Source of the DNA: Candidatus Obscuribacter sp.
Lineage (GTDB): Bacteria; Cyanobacteriota; Vampirovibrionia; Obscuribacterales; Obscuribacteraceae
Direction of reading: 5' to 3'
Assembly: GCA_021772135.1 (NCBI GenBank)
Contig: JADYXQ010000026.1
Coordinates: 340-64,339 of the forward strand
DNA: 64,000 bases
Shown here: positions 9,763 through 19,850 of the stretch, one piece after another
How the letters are laid out: each line of letters opens with the position of its first letter
How positions within the stretch are numbered: the first letter of the stretch is position 1
Notes under the pieces: model-generated
What the model saw: the letters and a program-made list of their open reading frames with translations, nothing else
The model's database searches: none
What the model was told of the DNA's origin: nothing
Program-made: the position numbers and the translations under genes

Positions 9763-11075
9763 TTTAGTTGCCAGTCTTTAATCAACTCATCTTTTTTTAC
9801 ATCGTCAATCAATTGAGCGCTTCGACTGATGGTAGGCTCCTGGCCGGTCACCGCTTTTTCCCAGGCTAAGGTCTTTAAGATATGGCGCCGCTGGTTCACG
9901 GTAACAATTGATTGCACTTCTACCCGATCGGCTGAAGGATGCAATTTGACGGCATAATTTGCCGCTGCAATTAAGTCGTTGTCAGTGCTGCATTCTAAGA
10001 TCCAGCCGCTTGGCTTTATGTAGTAAGTGGCGTCCGGTTTGGTCACGGCAATATTTACGCCATCAACTTTTTGTCTCATGATAAACATGCCGTAAGTCCA
10101 GGGAGTGCGATCAAATAGCGTCAGCACGTCATTGGCCGGGCCTCCTGGTAAATAAATGCGCAGGGGCATGAGCAGCATTAAAGCAATTAGCGCGGCGCAC
10201 AGCACCATATTTAGTACCGGTGCCTGACCTGGCTCAGAGATATTTGCGGACGGTGCTTCTTCAACACTTTTCAAGGGCTTATCGAAAAATGCCAGATAGC
10301 CGGTCCACATTACCAGAGTGAAAATTCCGATAATCGGTTCCATGGTGAGCATAATGCCTCCGTGAAAAAGTACACCGATTATGGCCGTAGCCAATCTCGT
10401 TCTGGCGAAGCAGAGCCCGAGGCCCAAGAATGTTTCTACAACCAGTATCATCCACGAAAAGGCAGCCCAGGCTGGGATAGGCATTTTAGCGGCAGCAAAT
10501 AATGGTTTAAAAATTCCGTTGGCTGCAAAACCGTCTGAAAAGAAAGACGAAAAACTATAACCCTGCCAGAAATCGGGGTAGGTCAATTTTTGCAGTACGC
10601 CAAAGAGATAGCAGCTGACAATAGCCACTTGAATCAAGCGACGGCTTGAAGTTCGGGCTTTCTCCGGCTTATCTAAGGCAAGAGCCAGCAAGAAACAAAA
10701 AGTGAGAATAATCCAGTGAAAGCAGGCAATCAGCCATTCGCGTGAGCAATAATAAACAATCATTGCTGCCATGAACAAGTACAGGGCCCGCATCCGTACT
10801 CCAGCCAGCAGTGCCAGGGACGACATCACGTAGAGGGCGAAAAGCACGACGTTAACCGGCTCCGGTGGTAGTGGCACCTCCAGCAGGTGCCAGTGCACCA
10901 ACCAGGTGGGAACGTTATATGGCATGGGGTAAATGCCACCACTGCCGGCGTGGGTCCAGAACCAAATAATTGGCCCAATCAAGAGGGCTAGTAAACCGGT
11001 TAGCCGCGAAATCACTGCAGTGAAACCGCCGGGTAAATACAACCAGTGAGCAAATTTTGCGCTCAAGTTAGTCAT
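9759..11075 (-). CDS. polytopic membrane protein with C-terminal soluble domain, unknown family (HTTM-like is only a guess)
   Basis: About 8-9 hydrophobic helices followed by a roughly 130-aa soluble tail. Starts 2 nt after the DUF362 stop. Confidence 0.7.
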   Translation of the reverse strand: MTNLSAKFAHWLYLPGGFTAVISRLTGLLALLIGPIIWFWTHAGSGGIYPMPYNVPTWLVHWHLLEVPLPPEPVNVVLFALYVMSSLALLAGVRMRALYLFMAAMIVYYCSREWLIACFHWIILTFCFLLALALDKPEKARTSSRRLIQVAIVSCYLFGVLQKLTYPDFWQGYSFSSFFSDGFAANGIFKPLFAAAKMPIPAWAAFSWMILVVETFLGLGLCFARTRLATAIIGVLFHGGIMLTMEPIIGIFTLVMWTGYLAFFDKPLKSVEEAPSANISEPGQAPVLNMVLCAALIALMLLMPLRIYLPGGPANDVLTLFDRTPWTYGMFIMRQKVDGVNIAVTKPDATYYIKPSGWILECSTDNDLIAAANYAVKLHPSADRVEVQSIVTVNQRRHILKTLAWEKAVTGQEPTISRSAQLIDDVKKDELIKDWQLK

Positions 11076-11077
11076 TC

Positions 11078-12154
11078 TTAGCTGCCTTGCTGGCCGGCTT
11101 GTTTGAGCAATTCTTTATTGCCGGCTGTAAAAGTGACCGGCATCTGATAAGCCTGGGCGATGGTCGCTACAATCGGTCCGACCACATCGATATCGGCTTC
11201 TTCGATATTGCCCACAACTACGCCGGCCATTTTTATATAATCGAGTTCGTGCGGATCGATTTTCATCAGGCGGGCGCAGGTTGCATCTACTGCGGCAAGG
11301 TCGAGGCCGACCGCGATATAGCCCATCTGCTTGGCTGTGCCATTGATGGGGCCGTCACCTTCCATGGTGGTGATGGCATCGACGAAAGCAAAAGCTGGTT
11401 TGACCAGATATTGCAAATCAAGAATTGACTGAGGAATGCCGCGAATATGCAGCAAATTTTTGGGCCAGCCATATTTGCGTCCCGGCACCACTCCAAAGAG
11501 ATTTTTCATGCTGCAAGTCATGCCCACCCAGTGATGGGTTTTGAGCTTGGGCACGCTGATAACGGCGTCGGCTTCTACGATTGTTTTAGGCAAGAAAAAA
11601 TTATCGAGTTTGGTGAAGCCGCCATGATTATCGAGCTCGACAATATCATCAAGGTTTAGATCGATAAAAGGCACTTCCATATCTTTGCAGGCCTTGCCTA
11701 ATCCGGTAGAGTCGAGCAAATATTCGGTGTCGCGCATATGGCCCGGACCCTCTGCTACAGTCACTTTTGCCGCACCTAAATGGCGGGCCAATTTTATGGC
11801 GGCGATCAGCACTGCCGGATTGGTTGTCACCGGTTTGCCCTCTCGGTATTCCACCATATTTGGTTTCAATACCACGGCTTTGTTTTTCAAGTCGGGCAGC
11901 TTCAAACCTGACAAATGCGGCTTGATGGTTTCGAAAATATCCTGATCATAATTTTCACAAGCCAACAGACCTACCTGCGATCGGCCCTGTTTGCGTCTGG
12001 CTTTCTGAGCTGCCGTCGCTTCTTGATCGAAGGTTTTGATGCCCTCTTTTCTGGCGGTGCAACCTTCCATGGCACCAGCGGCGGTAGCAGCTGCCGTGGT
12101 TGCTGCGGCGACTTTTAGAAAGTCACGTCTATTCATATCGTCTGCGTCGCTCAC
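11078..12154 (-). CDS. Tat-signal DUF362 domain protein
   Basis: Twin-arginine signal MNRRDFLKVAAATTAAATAAGA. DUF362-like blocks VVLKPNMV, VPKLKTHHWVGMTCSMKNLFG, EGDGPINGT. The GTG start overlaps the upstream TGA (GTGA). Confidence 0.8.
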   Translation of the reverse strand: MSDADDMNRRDFLKVAAATTAAATAAGAMEGCTARKEGIKTFDQEATAAQKARRKQGRSQVGLLACENYDQDIFETIKPHLSGLKLPDLKNKAVVLKPNMVEYREGKPVTTNPAVLIAAIKLARHLGAAKVTVAEGPGHMRDTEYLLDSTGLGKACKDMEVPFIDLNLDDIVELDNHGGFTKLDNFFLPKTIVEADAVISVPKLKTHHWVGMTCSMKNLFGVVPGRKYGWPKNLLHIRGIPQSILDLQYLVKPAFAFVDAITTMEGDGPINGTAKQMGYIAVGLDLAAVDATCARLMKIDPHELDYIKMAGVVVGNIEEADIDVVGPIVATIAQAYQMPVTFTAGNKELLKQAGQQGS

Positions 12155-13143
12155 GATTTGCTTCCTGATTTTCTGAGAATGTGCCGCTCTGGTTTTAGTT
12201 TCGCCTCCAGGGCCAGGGCCGCTACTGCTGTTTGCACGATGGCGTTATTGAAGCTGCCATCAGGGGCCTGGCGTTTGAGTAAATAGGAAAGTTCTTTATC
12301 AACGCTGACATCGTATGCAGAGAGTGCCAGGGCCGAATATGCTAGAGAAAGGCTTGAGCTGTCTTCACCGGCCAAGCCATGCAAATATCTCACGGCCCCT
12401 TGCACAGTGGCTGTCTCTCGCAAATCTTGCAATGCCAGTAGTGCTTCAGCTGTGGTCAACCGGTAAGAAGGCAAATCCGAACCCAGAGTGCGGGCATTGC
12501 CGTGATTCCAACCACCATCGACGCAAACGTTTTTGGTGATGAACTCGTTGGCGAAAACAATGACGCGGTCGTAAAGTTCGACATCAGGCACCTGAGGAAA
12601 CTTTAGAGCCATTAAGCAGTAGGCGGTAGGCTCGATCCAGTGAAAACAGCCGGGGTGCCAGGGCCAGCCGCGGGCATACGCGAGAGCGCCGGGACCTTTA
12701 TAGAGAAGCAAAATCAATCGTCCTACGGCGCCGTAAAACTCGGTGCGGCTGTCTAATAAATGCACCAGCCCTTTTTTGATCGATCTTTTTACATCAGGGT
12801 GATTGGCGAGCTCGTCATTTTGGGCGCTGAGCAGGCGCAAGCTGAGCATGGCCGGCCCTGAATTCCAGTCGGACCGTCCGGCACCTGGTTCGGTTGAATC
12901 TCCGCCGTCTTTGTTCTGGCTACCTACTATAAAGAAAGCGGCCGATTTTGCTCTGTCTTTTTGCTCTCTAAGGGCAAGCGCAGCCCAGGCTGTAGCTTCT
13001 AGTGATGCTTGACCACCTGGTTTATAAGGGAACCAGCCGCTGGCAGCGCCAGCATCCTGGGCAGGGCCGGCCTGGTTGCCACTCAAAAACGAAAGAGCTT
13101 TAGCTCGCGCTGTTGTGATTTCACCTTGAGTGAGAGCGGCCAA
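12151..13143 (-). CDS. prenyltransferase / squalene-oxidase-repeat (alpha/alpha toroid) protein
   Basis: Repeated 'DGGW / DGSF' motifs plus aromatic-Ala-Leu helical hairpins (ATAWAALAL, TAEALLAL, QTAVAALAL). No signal peptide. Confidence 0.65.
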   Translation of the reverse strand: MAALTQGEITTARAKALSFLSGNQAGPAQDAGAASGWFPYKPGGQASLEATAWAALALREQKDRAKSAAFFIVGSQNKDGGDSTEPGAGRSDWNSGPAMLSLRLLSAQNDELANHPDVKRSIKKGLVHLLDSRTEFYGAVGRLILLLYKGPGALAYARGWPWHPGCFHWIEPTAYCLMALKFPQVPDVELYDRVIVFANEFITKNVCVDGGWNHGNARTLGSDLPSYRLTTAEALLALQDLRETATVQGAVRYLHGLAGEDSSSLSLAYSALALSAYDVSVDKELSYLLKRQAPDGSFNNAIVQTAVAALALEAKLKPERHILRKSGSKS

Positions 13144-13625
13144 TCGGTTGATACCTGCTTTAAAATAAGTCTCTCAAACTATTGTAGGCCCGTATCAATG
13201 ATTTGGCGGGCAATGGCCTAGGCCGTGAAGATTATGTAAACAATCTCTTAATAATTGAGGGATGACAGGTGCACGATTTTAGAGATTTTTAGCCGAAATG
13301 TATTGTGCGATACAGAAATATCCAGAGTCTGCACTAGGCAGCTTTGAGATGTCACGCTAAGATCGAAGAGTTGGTGATGCCAAGAGCCCTTGAGGGCAGG
13401 CGGCGACACAGATTCCTATTCCTGGTCGGGTGTTAGATAACTGGAGTAGTGGGTAAAACCTATTCGGAGGTCGTTTTATAGAATAAGTCGATTTCTTTTT
13501 TTCTTTGTTAGAGTTACTAAGTCAATCAGTTTTACGTTTTCAGAGTTTTGTATTACAGGCAATGAATCTATCAAAGGATTCTGCGTGTAATATGTATTCT
13601 TCGAATCCGTTGCAGGAGGTTACGC

Positions 13626-13835
13626 ATGAGCGAAACAATTAACAAGTTCATTTCTGACGAGTCAGGACAGGGTATTACAGAATATGGCGCCATCTTGGCC
13701 TTCGTTGCCATCCTTGTAGCTGTTGTGTTCTCAATCACTCAAGGTGCATTGTCATCTGCGATTTCCAAAGCGTTCAGCGCTGTGGTCAGCCAGCTGAACG
13801 CCTTGTCAAGCGCCGCTGCAGCAGCTTCATCGTAA
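13626..13835 (+). CDS. flp: Flp/Fap family type IVb pilin
   Basis: FISDESGQGITEYGAILAFVAILVAVVF is the Flp motif with EY and a hydrophobic core. GGAGG lies 7 nt upstream of the ATG. C-terminus is Ser/Ala rich (LSSAAAAASS). Confidence 0.85.
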   Translation: MSETINKFISDESGQGITEYGAILAFVAILVAVVFSITQGALSSAISKAFSAVVSQLNALSSAAAAASS

Positions 13836-13898
13836 CTCGTTACGGTTTAGTGCGACGCCGCTGATCTTCATGAGAGGCAGTGTCAATCAGTGATCTTG

Positions 13899-13942
13899 AA
13901 AAACGGTGGCAGGTGGTTTTCATCTGCCACCGTTTTTCTTTT
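13899..13942 (+). terminator. rho-independent terminator after flp-1
   Basis: Perfect 14-bp stem aaaaacggtggcag / ctgccaccgttttt with an 11-nt loop, followed by cttttg. Confidence 0.7.
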
Positions 13943-14106
13943 GAAAATCATGACAACCGAGTGATTGAAAAGAGGCATCGCCTCAGCTGGCTTGCTCCGA
14001 CAATTTTTAGTAGATCGAGAGAATTTAGTCTGCGACACGCATTCGGCGAGCGCGTATTGGAAATACGAATACGAGTCGATGTTGCAGGAGGCGTGCACCA
14101 TGCGTC

Positions 14107-14113
14107 GGGGGGG
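14107..14113 (+). repeat. G7 homopolymer between a strong RBS/ATG (14100) and the flp-2 reading frame
   Basis: cgtcGGGGGGGcgac read directly. Confidence 0.9.
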
Positions 14114-14118
14114 CGACT

Positions 14119-14352
14119 GTGTATTTTTCAAAATTCAAATCTTGTGTTGATGTTCTCAAGAGATTTTTTAGCGACGAAGAAGCGCAGGGTATCACCGAAT
14201 ATGGCGCCATACTTGCTTTTGTCTCGCTCCTTGTAGCCCTCACTTTCGGCTTCACCAGCGGTTCGTTGTTGCCGGCACTTTCCAGTGCTTTCAGAGCCGT
14301 AGCCAGTCAGTTGAACGAGCTGGCCAGCGCTGCCAACTCGGCATCGTCTTGA
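14119..14352 (+). CDS. flp: second Flp family pilin (start uncertain)
   Basis: FFSDEEAQGITEYGAILAFVSLLVALTF. C-terminus LASAANSASS. The only in-frame canonical start is GTG 14119. Confidence 0.75.
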   Translation: MYFSKFKSCVDVLKRFFSDEEAQGITEYGAILAFVSLLVALTFGFTSGSLLPALSSAFRAVASQLNELASAANSASS

Positions 14353-14819
14353 CAATTCAATGCTCTGGTTCTGCTTGGAAGAGCCGCCTGGAATGTATAT
14401 TTTACGCTCAAGCTCGTGACATGGTGCGAATTTTTATCTAGCTTGAGCTTCCGAATAAATTGAAACCAGCTGTTTAAGCCGTTTTTACCAGACGCTCATT
14501 GGGACTAGGTCTGATTGATCTTATTAAGTGCGTGTAAAAAAAATCACGAAAGCCGCTGATTATCAGTAACCCGTTCGAGCAGGCTGTCATGTGATCCTGA
14601 CTGATGTCAGGATAATACAAAACTTGACACTTGCGCGGTTTGGCGCCCTTGCCGGAAACCAAGCGGATTGCATACCTGTAAACTTCGAAGGTTAAATTAC
14701 CGCTTCCAAGGGTACAAAATTTTTGGGTGCGGGCAAGGGCAGGCGTTGTCCTTGTTTGGCTGATGTGCGTTAATAGTAAGTGGTTAATCTTTCTCACCAG
14801 AAAGAATAGGAGATCCGTA

Positions 14820-15779
14820 ATGAACCCATTACGAAGTTTGTTTCTACAGTTATCTCGAATGCCTCCAGCTTTAATGCTGGTGCTCATTATCGGTTTGGCT
14901 GTGCTTATTACCATGATGGTTACAAGCAACCAGACTGCTAATGAGCAAGCTCTGAAGGCAAAAGAGTCAGACCTGATCGCTAAAATGAGCGCTAAGGGCA
15001 AAGTGGTTTATGCCATTAAGGACATTCCCGAAGGTTCTACCATTCCAGTTGAAGCTCTAGAAGAAAAGGAAATCGAGCAGGCCAAAATCCCGCAAGACGC
15101 CCTTACCTCTGCTTCACTCGCTGCTGGTCGCGTTGCCAAATACGGCATCCAGACCGGACAAATCGTTTCTCAGCATGACCTTGCCCCGCAAGGGATTTCG
15201 CTAGGATTCGAAGCTAGACTGAAAGAAGGCATGAGAGCTGTTACCTTTGCGGTTGACAGTAACTCTGGTGTTGCTGGTTTCGTTACCCCTGAAAGCCACG
15301 TCGATGTAATCGCCATGGTTGGATCGGCTGGTGATACTAAAGTAGCTCCAATCCTTTCTGACGTTGAAGTTATCGCAGTAGGCCAGATGTACCAGAAAGC
15401 TCCAGGCGGCACCGCTGCTGTACCGGCTAGCTCAGTCACTGTCTCACTGTCGCCTGAAGATGCTAACAAGCTGATCAGATCGATCACCGCTTCCAAGCTC
15501 TATTTGACCTTGAGAAACGACAAAGATCACCAACCGGTTGCAACTGTTGACGTTACTTCGCTCTTCGTTAAGCCACCAGCTCCGAAGTCTGATCTTTCGT
15601 CCTTGCCACCACCATCCGCCTTGCCTCCACCCCCACTGCCCGGAGCTCCTGATGCAGGTCCGATGTCTATGGGTGGCCCTGGTATGATGCCTAACGCGGC
15701 ACCACCGCCTCCACCATTGCACGAAATTGAGATCTGGTCCGGTAGTAAGAAAGACGTTCTTTCCGTTCCAAAATCGTAA
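14820..15779 (+). CDS. cpaB: Flp pilus assembly protein CpaB/RcpC (SAF domain) with Pro-rich C-terminal tail
   Basis: N-terminal TM segment, SAF-like block VVYAIKDIPEGSTI, RcpC-like block AVTFAVDSNSGVAGFVTPESHVDVI. The tail reads PPPSALPPPPLPGAP...PPPPP. ATG 14820 follows GGAG. Confidence 0.85.
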   Translation: MNPLRSLFLQLSRMPPALMLVLIIGLAVLITMMVTSNQTANEQALKAKESDLIAKMSAKGKVVYAIKDIPEGSTIPVEALEEKEIEQAKIPQDALTSASLAAGRVAKYGIQTGQIVSQHDLAPQGISLGFEARLKEGMRAVTFAVDSNSGVAGFVTPESHVDVIAMVGSAGDTKVAPILSDVEVIAVGQMYQKAPGGTAAVPASSVTVSLSPEDANKLIRSITASKLYLTLRNDKDHQPVATVDVTSLFVKPPAPKSDLSSLPPPSALPPPPLPGAPDAGPMSMGGPGMMPNAAPPPPPLHEIEIWSGSKKDVLSVPKS

Positions 15780-15893
15780 TTTCGCTGTGTACATAGTGGA
15801 AGATACATAAAACGTACAAAGTACATATGGATAAAGCTAAGCTATTGGGTAAAACCTAGTTAGGGCTGTCGGCAAAGGGAGAAAGCTGAAGCT

Positions 15894-17078
15894 ATGAAAC
15901 TGACCACACTGCTCGTATGTGATGCAGGTTTGGACAAACGCCAAACCATTGAAGATCTGATTCACAGTCAACCATCGTTGGCTCTGGTCTCGACCGTCTC
16001 TGGAAGTATGGCGCGCGAACAAATCGGCAGCTTACACCCAAAATTGGTGTGGATTGAGCTCAGTCCAGCCCCCGTGCGCGGACTTTCGTTGTTGGCAGAG
16101 TTGCGGGAAACATTCCCGCAACTCTACTTCTTCGTTAGCTATGAAGTACCAGACCCTGAGTTGATCCGCACTGCGTATCGACTCGGGGCTTCTGACTTCC
16201 TTGATGCAGAGCGCTGGCGTACTGACCTTCCAGCCGCCGTTCAATCAATTCAGTTGAAGCATCAATCTGAATCTGTCTCTACTGCTGCCGGTAAAGTAAT
16301 CGGCATCTTCAGCCCCACCGGTGGTATCGGTGCCACCACCATCTGTACGAACCTGGCTGGTTATCTCGGTAAATATGGTGAGACCTGCATCGTCGACCTC
16401 GACTTGCAATTTGGTATGGTTTCGCATTACCTCAACCTAGAGCCTTCGTTCAGTTTGAGCACCATCGACTTTTCACACACAAACTTCGACGCTACTTATC
16501 TGCGTAACCTGATGACACGGTACGACGATAAGTTGAGCATCCTCGCAGCTCCACCGGAACTTGAAGATATCGGTGACATCTATGCTGCGCAGGTGCAGGA
16601 AATCCTCTATACCTCGAAACAAGAATTCCGTTTCACAGTTGTAGACCTGCCCAAAAACTTGCTCGATGAACGCGCTATCGCGACTCTCGACCTGGCCGAC
16701 CACGTACTCGTTATTACCGAGTACAACTGGGCCGCCATTTTGAATGCTCGCAAGTGCCTCGATACGTTCAAGGCTCACTACAACCAGGAGAAACTCCTGC
16801 TCACGGTCAACAGATCAGAATGGTTGCCCCAAGACGTTCTTAGCGAATGTCGTGCCAACTTGAACTATCCTGTTTTCCATGAAATACCTAACGATACTAA
16901 GACTGCTAAGTGGGTTAATAACCAGGGTCAGATCGCTCCTGCACATACTCCACTGGGTAAAGCTCTCGACTCATTAGCCAGAAGACTGGCTGGTGGTGAG
17001 CAACTTCTGTTGACTCAGAAAAACGAAGGCGAGAAGCAGGGATTCAAACTACCGGCGATCTTCGGCAAGAAAAAATAA
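15894..17078 (+). CDS. tadZ: TadZ/CpaE-like pilus assembly protein (atypical receiver + ParA/MinD-like domain)
   Basis: The REC-like N-domain has Glu where the phospho-Asp is expected (LVWIELSP). The P-loop reads GIFSPTGGIGATT and lacks the ParA lysines. Confidence 0.8.
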   Translation: MKLTTLLVCDAGLDKRQTIEDLIHSQPSLALVSTVSGSMAREQIGSLHPKLVWIELSPAPVRGLSLLAELRETFPQLYFFVSYEVPDPELIRTAYRLGASDFLDAERWRTDLPAAVQSIQLKHQSESVSTAAGKVIGIFSPTGGIGATTICTNLAGYLGKYGETCIVDLDLQFGMVSHYLNLEPSFSLSTIDFSHTNFDATYLRNLMTRYDDKLSILAAPPELEDIGDIYAAQVQEILYTSKQEFRFTVVDLPKNLLDERAIATLDLADHVLVITEYNWAAILNARKCLDTFKAHYNQEKLLLTVNRSEWLPQDVLSECRANLNYPVFHEIPNDTKTAKWVNNQGQIAPAHTPLGKALDSLARRLAGGEQLLLTQKNEGEKQGFKLPAIFGKKK

Positions 17079-17095
17079 ATAAGGTGGGCTTCTAA

Positions 17096-18742
17096 ATGGG
17101 TGACGAAAGAAAGGATCAAAACTTACCGGCACGACCCACATCTTCACTAATGGGACAGTTAGTCCGGCAGAGGCAGGCATCAGAAGTGGTGCCTGCTCAG
17201 CAGCAGAATACGGGTCTACAAGGTGGAGCTCAGGGCACGGGTGTAGGAGCCAGACCAGGTTCCGGACCGGCTCCAGGGCAGAGCGGCATGGCCAAACCGG
17301 CTGGCGCAGCGCCGAATACCGGTATGTCACAAGCACGGCCGGGTGGTGGCGGAGTTCCTGCTACTGAAGGCCCAACGCGCGCCGATATCGACAAAATTGA
17401 CGCAAAAGATGAGTATGGTAGTGGCGGTCATGGCGGTGGCGGCGGTGACTCGGGCCCGGCTGATATGGGCGGCAAATTCTCTGCTAACCAGCAACTGATT
17501 CGCGAACGAGAGAAGTTCATCATTGAACAATTGCGTAGAGAATTAGACACATCCCGTTTGACCAATATTTCAGAAGATACACAGGCTCAAGTTAGAGCTC
17601 GCATTAGAGAAATCGTAAACTCAGACCCAGCTCCATTAACCATGATGGAAAAGGGCATTTTGCTACAGAACGTACTGGATGAAGTGTTCGGTTTTGGCCC
17701 ACTTGGTCCGCTTCTACGTGACCCCAGCGTTGGCGACATTTGCGTCAACGGTATTGGTTCAATCTATGTAGAGCGTCACGGTCGTCTGGAAAAAACAGCA
17801 GTTGTTTTTGAAAACGACAGACACTTGAGACAGACAATCGACAAGATTATTCAGCCCCTGGGCAGAAGACTTGATGAAAACTCACCCATGGTTGACGCCC
17901 GTCTGCCAAACGGTTCACGGGTAAACGCCACCATTCCGCCGGTATCGATTGACGGTCCAACGATCACGATCCGATGTTTCGGTACGTCAATTATGTCCCT
18001 CGGCCAATTGTGCGAGAAGGGCTCAATGAGCGTGCAAATGGCCGAGGTTCTGAAGGCCTGCGTTAAAGGCCGGATTAACTTGATCATCTCCGGTGGTACA
18101 GGTTCAGGCAAAACAACTCTGCTTAATGCTTTGTCGGCGCACATCAACCCGAGAGAACGCATCATCACCATCGAAGACGCAGCTGAACTGCGTTTGCAAC
18201 ACGAACACTGGGTGCGCATGGAAACCCGTCCAGCAAACACGGAAGGGCGCGGTCAAATCACACAACGGATGATTGTTATCAACTGTCTGCGTATGAGACC
18301 AGACCGAATCATTCTGGGAGAATGTCGCGGAGAAGAAGCATTCGACATGTTGCAGGCCATGAACACCGGTCACTCCGGCTCCATGACTACGATTCACTCG
18401 AACAATCCTCGTGACTGCACCAAGCGTCTGGAAAACATGATTCTGATGTGCGGTATGGAAATGCCTCAAAAAGCTGCTCGAGAACTGATCGCATCTGCGA
18501 TTCAAGTAATCGTGCAGATTTCACGTCTGGAAGACGGTACAAGACGAGTAACTGAAATTGCTGAGATAACCGGTATGGAAGGCGACACCATCGCTATTTC
18601 CTCCATGTTCACTCTAGAACGTGAAGGCCGCGACGCTCGAGGCTTCTTCAAATGCCGACACATGGGATCTGGTCTACCACCCAAATTTCTGGAGCAATTG
18701 GAACAGGAAGCGGTTCCCTTCAAGCTCGAGTGGCTTAGATAA
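17096..18742 (+). CDS. cpaF: CpaF/TadA secretion ATPase with ~130-aa Gly/Pro/Gln/Ala-rich N-terminal extension
   Basis: Walker [15 protein letters not shown], Walker [13 protein letters not shown], His box [13 protein letters not shown]. Confidence 0.9.
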   Translation: MGDERKDQNLPARPTSSLMGQLVRQRQASEVVPAQQQNTGLQGGAQGTGVGARPGSGPAPGQSGMAKPAGAAPNTGMSQARPGGGGVPATEGPTRADIDKIDAKDEYGSGGHGGGGGDSGPADMGGKFSANQQLIREREKFIIEQLRRELDTSRLTNISEDTQAQVRARIREIVNSDPAPLTMMEKGILLQNVLDEVFGFGPLGPLLRDPSVGDICVNGIGSIYVERHGRLEKTAVVFENDRHLRQTIDKIIQPLGRRLDENSPMVDARLPNGSRVNATIPPVSIDGPTITIRCFGTSIMSLGQLCEKGSMSVQMAEVLKACVKGRINLIISGGTGSGKTTLLNALSAHINPRERIITIEDAAELRLQHEHWVRMETRPANTEGRGQITQRMIVINCLRMRPDRIILGECRGEEAFDMLQAMNTGHSGSMTTIHSNNPRDCTKRLENMILMCGMEMPQKAARELIASAIQVIVQISRLEDGTRRVTEIAEITGMEGDTIAISSMFTLEREGRDARGFFKCRHMGSGLPPKFLEQLEQEAVPFKLEWLR

Positions 18743-18837
18743 ACCAAGATACGCAAGGACTGCTCTCATTGAAAAATGCGGGCAGTCCTTTTTAAACTTT
18801 GAAAGTTCAGCAGTTAGAAAAGCAGAGTACGGAAAAG

Positions 18838-19770
18838 ATGAACCCAATACTATTGTGCGGATCAATAATCCTCGTCGGACTACTTCTGATGACGCTTCTT
18901 CGCCGCAACAGCGTCGATCAGCTCTCACGTCTGGCCAAGCATTCGCGCCGCATGGCCGAAAAGCTGCATGATAAGGCCGATCCTGAAAGCATCTTCGTCA
19001 CCCAGCGCGCCGACTACCTTTCACGCTTGTTAGCTCAAGCCGGTAAAGAAGCCGAATACGACAAGATGAAGACTTACTGGATCTGTTCGGCTATAGGTGC
19101 CGGTATTTTGTTCGCCATTGGTTTCATACTCGGCGGTATGCCTGAACTGTCACCGGTTGGTTTCTTCGTTGGCCTTCCGATTGGTGCAGCCGGCTTTGTC
19201 TATTATCTGGGCGAAGCAGCGAAAAAGCGACAGGCAAGAATGACCGAACAACTGCCGCAAATTCTAGAAACCATGGTATCGGCGCTACGAGCCGGTTCAC
19301 CGGTTATGGAAGTATTCAAAGTTATCTCAGACACAGGCCCCGACCCAATTCGTGGCGAGTTCAAGCGTGGTCTGATTTCACTGCAGCTGGGTAAACCGTT
19401 CAGAGACGTTATGGTTGAAATGTCTTACCGTATTAAGGCTCCCGACTTTAAACTGTTGACTCAAGCCATTTTCATCTCGCAGGACGTGGGCGGAAACCTG
19501 GCCGACGTGGTTGCCACTATCGCCGATGCCATCCGTGAAAGATTCAAACTACGCGACTTCTTAAACGCCTTAACTTCGCAGGGTAAAGCGACCGCTTCCT
19601 TCATCGGCTGCTTGCCATATTTGATCACTGTCGGAACTTATTTCTTGACACCGGCCTATATGACTCCCTTTTTGAACCATCCAGTTGCTAGACTGGTAAT
19701 GGTAGGTCTTGTCATCTGGGAGCTGATGGGTTTCTACATTTTGCAAAAAATGGTGACCTTCGAAGTTTAG
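18838..19770 (+). CDS. tadB: TadB-like pilus assembly inner-membrane protein (GspF-like)
   Basis: N-terminal TM, central QLPQILETMVSALRAGSP block (T2SSF-type), C-terminal TM pair. ATG 18838 is preferred over TTG 18799. Confidence 0.8.
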   Translation: MNPILLCGSIILVGLLLMTLLRRNSVDQLSRLAKHSRRMAEKLHDKADPESIFVTQRADYLSRLLAQAGKEAEYDKMKTYWICSAIGAGILFAIGFILGGMPELSPVGFFVGLPIGAAGFVYYLGEAAKKRQARMTEQLPQILETMVSALRAGSPVMEVFKVISDTGPDPIRGEFKRGLISLQLGKPFRDVMVEMSYRIKAPDFKLLTQAIFISQDVGGNLADVVATIADAIRERFKLRDFLNALTSQGKATASFIGCLPYLITVGTYFLTPAYMTPFLNHPVARLVMVGLVIWELMGFYILQKMVTFEV

Positions 19771-19850
19771 TTTGTTCGATTTTTTCCCCTCCTGTCACAG
19801 TCTAAAATTTCGCTCGTTTCAAGCCCAAGTTTTTCAAGGACGCTTTTATT

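Noticed and set aside
13144-13625. Riboswitch (for example c-di-GMP class I/II) in the 480-bp leader upstream of flp-1
   Set aside because: I could not find the conserved GEMM core strings (GGCAAA…GACGCAAAGCC-like) or another riboswitch core by eye. Only the RBS context shared with flp-2 is evident.
14474-15001. 175-aa minus-strand ORF between flp-2 and cpaB, considered as the missing prepilin peptidase
   Set aside because: It overlaps the cpaB start. It has no aspartyl-peptidase (GxGD-like) motifs or regular TM pattern, and its composition looks like a shadow ORF.
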